DNA of 57,684 nt, filler included, from Dugesia japonica (lineage: Eukaryota): assembly GCA_001938525.1 (NCBI GenBank). It is 6 parts of 6 records of this genome, joined end to end, with 100 filler letters (N's around TTAATTAATTAA, not from the genome) between each part and the next. Parts side by side here need not be neighbours in the genome. Positions count along the whole stretch, not along the records: positions 49,302 to 57,684 come from MQRL01589714.1; 5 more parts are not named here. The stretch is one strand, 5' to 3'. The notes beneath the pieces are model-generated. The model was not told the origin of the DNA. It did not search any database and worked only from the letters and a program-made list of their open reading frames with translations. Below, piece by piece: positions 51,691 through 57,684 of this stretch. Position numbers and translations under genes: made by a program. Numbering within the stretch: the first letter of the stretch is position 1; each line of letters opens with the position of its first letter.

Positions 51691-52291
51691 CAGGTCGTCT
51701 TAAAAAGTTCGGTGCCCATGGGCTGCTAAAAATAATGCGCGCCTCTTCGTAAGAAAATTCACAGATTAGCAAACGGGAGCCAGTGTCCGGCAAAGTTATA
51801 CTAAAGTGTCAGAACTAGAAAAAATCAATTTATTACCTACATACTAAACAAAACCTCAAAATTGAATTAAATAAAATTAATAAACCTTTAAGGACAAAAA
51901 CAAACCTTAATGAAATCAAGATACAAAAGTAACGTATATATTTATTTCCCTAGCTTTTTGTTTAGCAAACTGATTAATAATATCTCTCGTATTTAAGTTA
52001 TCAAATAAATCTCTCTCAATTGAAAAATACTTAAATCGTTGAAGTTGCTTTGTCCCAAAGATGATCGTAAATAATTTTTTATTCTTTTTTTTGCTGAAAA
52101 TTATCTTTCACCTCTGCAGCTTTTAGTGGCTATACTCAAAAAGATGCGCATTGCTGTGGCCACGTTTGGAAATGTAGATTTAATTTTCGAAATAAATAAC
52201 AAAAAAATGTATCGCATATAAAAATTGCCACCTCAAAAGGCTTACGCCCTGGAGCTATAAACCCATTTATCCCTGTGGTTAGGGTGGCCTG
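51691..52291 (-). mobile_element. Non-autonomous hAT element retaining the C-terminal dimerization domain
   Basis: TIRs CAGGTCGTCTTA / TAGGGTGGCCTG; degenerate 8-bp TSD AGAGCAAG/AGAACAAT; FPNVATAMRIFLSI...ER.FS.KKRIKNYLRSS...LSIFSIE. Confidence 0.85.
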
Positions 52292-52435
52292 AGAACAATT
52301 AAATGTATATTTAATCTTTATTGCGATTGCTTACTTAATCTAAATCGAACTAATTAATCTCAACAAAAATAAAATGGAATCTATTTAAAAATTATTATTG
52401 TGATTAGAATAACGATACAAATATCAAATGAAATA

Positions 52436-52547
52436 CAGTTGAATCTGCGCATAAAATACACTATTTTACAGATACACCTTATTTGGCAAGTAAAAAGCTT
52501 AAATACTGAGGAGCAAATAAGGTATACTGTTTGAACAGGATCTACTG
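52436..52547. mobile_element. Short pogo/Tigger-like MITE
   Basis: TA-CAGTTGAATCTG ... CAGGATCTACTG-TA termini. Confidence 0.5.
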
Positions 52548-53499
52548 TATATAGAAAATTGTTGTATATTTTGTAGTCTACTTAATGCTGTTTATTAAGT
52601 AAAAGTAGTCGCCCTATTAAATGTAATTTATTATACTTAATTTATAAGAAAATTATTTTATTATAAAGGTGTACTATATACCTCCTTTTTAATATAAATT
52701 TACTCGTAAAACATTTATAAATGTAAAAAAATAATACAACTAATTTATAACAATTTTACATAAAATAATAATTTTATAATAATTAAAACATGAATTATAG
52801 AAATAAAACAAATTAAATTAAACTGAAAAATTATCCACTAATAAAATTATTGATAAAATTATCAGTAAAATGAAAGAAATTTGCATTATATATCAAAACT
52901 CGTGAAAAAAAAGATGTCTAAAATATTATACATAATAATCGATGAATTAATCAATCAAAGAATGAACAATGAAGAAACAATTATTGATTGAATCACTTAT
53001 GAAACCTAATGGAATGAATTACTATCATTCGTTTTTTAAAGTGAAATGGTTCTCTATTATTAAAATGACGAAAAATTAAAACTACAATATTTTAGTACGT
53101 CAGGGCCACGCAAATGATATGATTGAACCTCTAGATTGATCGTAAAAGCTCTGAATGTAGTTACTTAGAATTCGAGTTGGATTTGAGCTAAATTCTACTA
53201 ATAAAAAAATCAATCATTTTTGCATTTATCGAAAACAAACATCAGGAGCCTCTGATTTGCTGATCATTAAATGACCCATTTAAGTTCCGCAAATAAAATG
53301 TATTATCTATTATAAAAATTAAATGAAAGGAACATTTTTAGGAAATATAAATCACGCAGTAACTGAAGNAAAATAATTTTCATAACGTGAATTTATTGAA
53401 TAATTATTATTTATAATCTCTATAAATAAAAATGTAAACATAAATGTTCACTTGTTCAAAATCTATAGACTCAAAAAATTTTCGCCGCTTACCTTGAAA

Positions 53500-54401
53500 T
53501 TTTGACATAATGTTGCATTCGAATCCAGACATGTTCATATACACCTATTATATTTTTATATGTCTGCAAATTTTTTAATGGACTTAAATAATTCATTGCG
53601 AAATTTGACTTTTAACGTTATGATATTTTCAATTCTGAATTATGCCTTAATTCATAGTTGAATAAGAGCTGTTGCATTAGTTGGAAGAAAATGAACTTCA
53701 ACATTATTAATTTTGTTGATTATTTGATGAGCAGAACAATTATCTAATAGAAAAAGTATTTTTTTCTACCAGAAAGAGACATAGATGCATCTAACTGCTT
53801 AGTAATTCTTTAAATATTATCGAAATCATCCACAACATAATTTTGAACATTAATATTTTTAAAGCACATGGGTTTTTTGTGATTTACCAATAATCAAAGG
53901 TTTCAATTTATCTGTGCCTGACATATTAGCACCAATCATGACAGAGATTTACATCTTTGATTATTTGCCACCACTTCATTTCTCATCTTTTAATTTCAAA
54001 GTCTTATCATCTGATAAAATTACGTTATAAAAGGATCGGCAGCACATTGTCAAACCATTCTTGGACAGTATTACAATTGATTGCAGCTTCCTCTCCACCA
54101 ATTTTCTTACACACTGTACCATTTAGAAGCTTAAACATGGGGTTACATGCTTTTCTTCTGACAATCTCACTCGCATCAATCAATAAACTGATAACTTATG
54201 CTCTCATAATCGCTGATATGTGACAATATAGAAATTTTTTTATTCAATGGACCGTGAAAAAATGATCGTGACTATATAGAATGTGACTGATGAGAGATTT
54301 TTCCTATAATAAAACTATTGAGGGCTATTGGGTTCAACAGTTTAATGTGACCATATAGAGATTGTGAGTGTAAGTAGTTTGACTATAACGAGGTTCTACT
54401 G
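53500..54401 (-). mobile_element. pogo/Tigger (DDE_1) transposon fragment
   Basis: Terminus TA-CAGTAGAACCTCG; GANMSGTDKLKPLIIGKS, LLDNCSAH and FLPTNAT.LIQ motifs. Confidence 0.8.
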
Positions 54402-55328
54402 TATTTAAATTTTATTATTATTGCTGTTATTCTCTAAATGTCTCAATATTTTCTCTTTATTGTTTTGTTCCAGTAAACTGCATTTTATTTACCATTCAAT
54501 GATTTGTCTAATACGTCTATAAATTTTCTTTCTTTGTTTTTTAAAATTTATTTATAATGATGGTTACTTGATTTGTTTTTCTTACCAGTTCATTTTTCTT
54601 CCATCATTTTAACAATTCCACATTATTTAAAGTATCGCTGATTATGTGATTTTTTAAGTACTTCTCTATTTATCTTGTTTAATAAGAAACTTATTTAAAA
54701 CTTAAAGTGACCCAAATTGATATCAAATTTTTAGAAACATAAGCTTTTAATTTAAAGAGTCTTTTTTGTTCCTCATTATACTGATGCAAATTAAAATTGA
54801 ACAGCAATTTTTTTCAAACAATAAATAAACATTCAATAAAATATTTATAACTAAAAACATTTCAATATTTAAACTCTTAAGTATTTAATATAATTACGTA
54901 AATTAAATTTATTAAAATCTTATAAGTTTTAAATTAACATAATTTCTTTTATATTAAAGTTATNTTTTTGGTTTTATTAATGACTTTTAAAAATAAGTAA
55001 TTATGAATATTCAAAGGATTTTATTTACGTAATTTTTTTAAAAATATTTGTTTTACTGCATTGACACTGTAACACAGTATTCGCGTAGTTATGAAAATTA
55101 AAAAGTGATGTATATTTTCTTTTTTGCTTTTTAACTATTAATTTTATAGATTTTAATATAATAATAAAAATAGAATGGTATAATGATATTTACAACGGTT
55201 TTTTTAAATAATTTAATTTTTAGGAGCGTTTTAATCTAATAAATTTACTTTACGTATTTCAAAATTTATAATTAAATATTAATACGTTTATGACTGACAG
55301 AATCTTTTAAATTAGTATTCAATTTTAG

Positions 55329-56633
55329 ATGTCAGATATTGGTCCTTATAGATTTTATAATAATTCACCAACTTTTCGCCGACCTCAAACATTGCTAAAA
55401 AGTTCTAATCAAATTCGTATAAATACCAATGAATCAAATAATCATAATCTTACTCGTAAACCGTCCTTTAAACAGAAATTATTTTCAATATTTAAAAATT
55501 CAAAATTTCCTCAACCGAACTCTACTAATGAATCATATATTGCAGAAGACAATAAAGCCATCACAAATTTNNNNNNNNNNNNNNNNNNNNNNNNNNNNNN
55601 NNTATGTCTTAATTCTAAACGTAACTCAAATAAATTAAAACACGCTGACACATCAGATAACCATATAAAACAATTAGATGATACCGATTTAACTCTTATT
55701 GATAAATTCAATATACATCCTTTAAATGGTCAAATAATTCGTTATATCACCGATTTACAATGCTCACCAATTAAATTACCAACGAGTTGGATTAATAAAA
55801 TGGGTTCTCATTTGACAAACAGTGTAGTAATTCCATTTATATCGATCGTACCGGGTTTACTCGGAATTGAAAACCATGGAAACACTTGCTATGTTAATGT
55901 TATCATACAGTGCTTGTCGCATATTGATAATGTAGCGGAATATTTTTCCACTAAAGATTATTTGAAACATGTTAAAACTGACAATCACGCATCGCCGACA
56001 ACGATATCGACTGAATCCGCTAGTGGTTTCGATGTGATGGTCGGATTCTCATATTTACTGCAATCACTTTGGCAGTCAACTTATCAGGGTAAAATCTCAA
56101 TGAAATTCTGTCAACTGTTAACTCTGCACAAGAGTGAATTCAGTATCGATTCTCAGCAAGATGCTCACGAGTTACTGTTGTTTATGCTCAATTTACTGCA
56201 CGACAATCTACTAGAGAAGATCCCGTGCGATATTAATCGGAATTTATCAGCGAATTCACTGGTGAATGAAACCGACAAGTTATTCGATGAAACATCTTTT
56301 ATTTACGAGAGATTCCGAGGCTGGCTGTCGAATGAGATCGTTTGTCCGGAATGTAATTATACGAGGAAAACACTGGACCAGATTCTGTCATTGAATTTGC
56401 AAATACCAAAACAGATTAATTATGATGATATTGTGGAGAATAATCACCATTTGGAATTGTTTTACATGGTTGTGATAAACCCGAATCAGATTCCAGAGAA
56501 ACATGCTTTCGAAATTAACAGCTCTACGACAATAGGATTTATCAGAGAGGTCATTGCTGCTCGGCTGTTTTGTAATAAATATGATGTTATCATTATCGAG
56601 CTTGTTAGTGGGGGTTTCGGGAAATTGTTTTCG
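55329..56633 (+). CDS. Ubiquitin-specific protease (USP31/USP43-like), coding exon
   Basis: Cys box GIENHGNTCYVNVIIQCLS, QQDAHELL, CPEC; the start of a Ubl-like insert. Probable splice donor TCG|GTTAGT at 56634, after which GC content collapses. His box not in the window. Confidence 0.85.
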
Positions 56634-56964
56634 GTTAGTTTCTTGTTTTTTTTGTTTTACGATTTTTTTAAAAATTCATTTGAAATTAATATTAAATTTT
56701 AAAAAGATTAAATAATTTATTAAAATTTTAAAAAAATCGTTTTTTAAAAATTTTCTATTTGTTTTAAAAAAATTTAAAAATTAAATAAAATTTATTAAAA
56801 ATTTTAAAAAATTCAGTTTGTATTTTAATAAAAATTCATTTTAAATTAATATTAAATTTTAAAAATATTAAATAATTTATTAAAATTTAAAAAAATCATT
56901 TTTTATTTACATTTTTTTAAAAAATTATTAAAATTTGAAAAGAAATATTATTTTATAATTTATT

Positions 56965-57684
56965 AGAAATTCATTTAAATTAATATTTAATTTTAAAAAT
57001 ATTATTAAACAATTTATTGCAAATAACTAAAATTTATTAAAATATAAAAAAACATTTTACAATTTAATAAAATTAATTAAAATTTTAAAATATTATCAAA
57101 CACATTTTAAAAATGAATTAAAATTAAAAAAAAACAATTTTGCATTTTAATAAATTTTTTTTAATTTAATTAAAATTTTTAAAAAATTAATTTACCATTT
57201 AATAAAAAATTATAAAAAACTTAATAATAATAATTAAAAAAATTTAATTTTAAAAACATATTACATAATTAAAAATTCATTTAAAATTTAATTAATTATT
57301 AATATAAATTTTATTATTAATAATTATTAAAATTTAAATAAAAACATTATCTTACAATTTAATAAAAATTCATTTAAATTAATATTTAATTTTCAAAATA
57401 TTATTAAACAATTTATTGCAAATAATTAAAATTTATTAAAATATAAAAAAACATTTTACAATTTAATAAAATTAATTAGAAGTTTTAAAATGTTATCAAA
57501 CACATTTTTAAAATGAATTAAAATTTAAAAAAAAACAATTTTGCAATTTAATAAATTTATTTTAATTTAATTAAAATTTTTAAAAAATTAATTTACCATT
57601 TAATAAAAATTTATAAAAAACTTAATAATAATAATTAAAAAAATTTAATTTTAAAAACATATTACATAATTAAAAATTCATTTA
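56965..57684. repeat. AT-only intronic tandem duplication, period ~400 bp
   Basis: TTATTAAACAATTTATTGCAAATAA at ~57002 and ~57401, with continuing identity. Confidence 0.8.

Noticed and set aside
56634-56702. Hydrophobic C-terminal tail of the USP ORF suggesting a membrane anchor
   Set aside because: Read-through into a T-rich intron after the GT donor; the His box is missing, so the gene must continue.

Overview
Very AT-rich eukaryotic (probably invertebrate) DNA made mostly of decayed mobile elements, with one host gene exon (USP31/43-like deubiquitinase) at the right end. Five 100-nt N44-TTAATTAATTAA-N44 spacers split the window into six assembly segments, so adjacency across them may not be real. 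The main content is a compact Polinton/adintovirus-like block at 9.45-16.77 kb. It encodes a ZnF-PLA2-integrase fusion, a packaging ATPase, an LYPxL membrane protein, a fibre-like gene, an adenain protease and a penton-like protein. The fibre-like gene carries three tandem, diverged ~180-aa head modules. Minus-strand genes in the block are separated by GC-rich C(GAA)G hairpins directly after stop codons and share an identical 18-nt start motif. Other notable remnants are two pPolB-type N-termini with arrays of SUMO-interacting motifs, a chuvirus-like glycoprotein next to a REX4/ISG20-like exonuclease, and a Ty3/gypsy integrase followed in frame by a signal peptide and an FN3 domain. Three gypsy elements have their gag ATG overlapping the primer-binding site. 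Tc1/mariner, pogo, hAT and an RLE-type non-LTR element are also present. All family assignments come from manual translation and motif recognition; no database searches were run.
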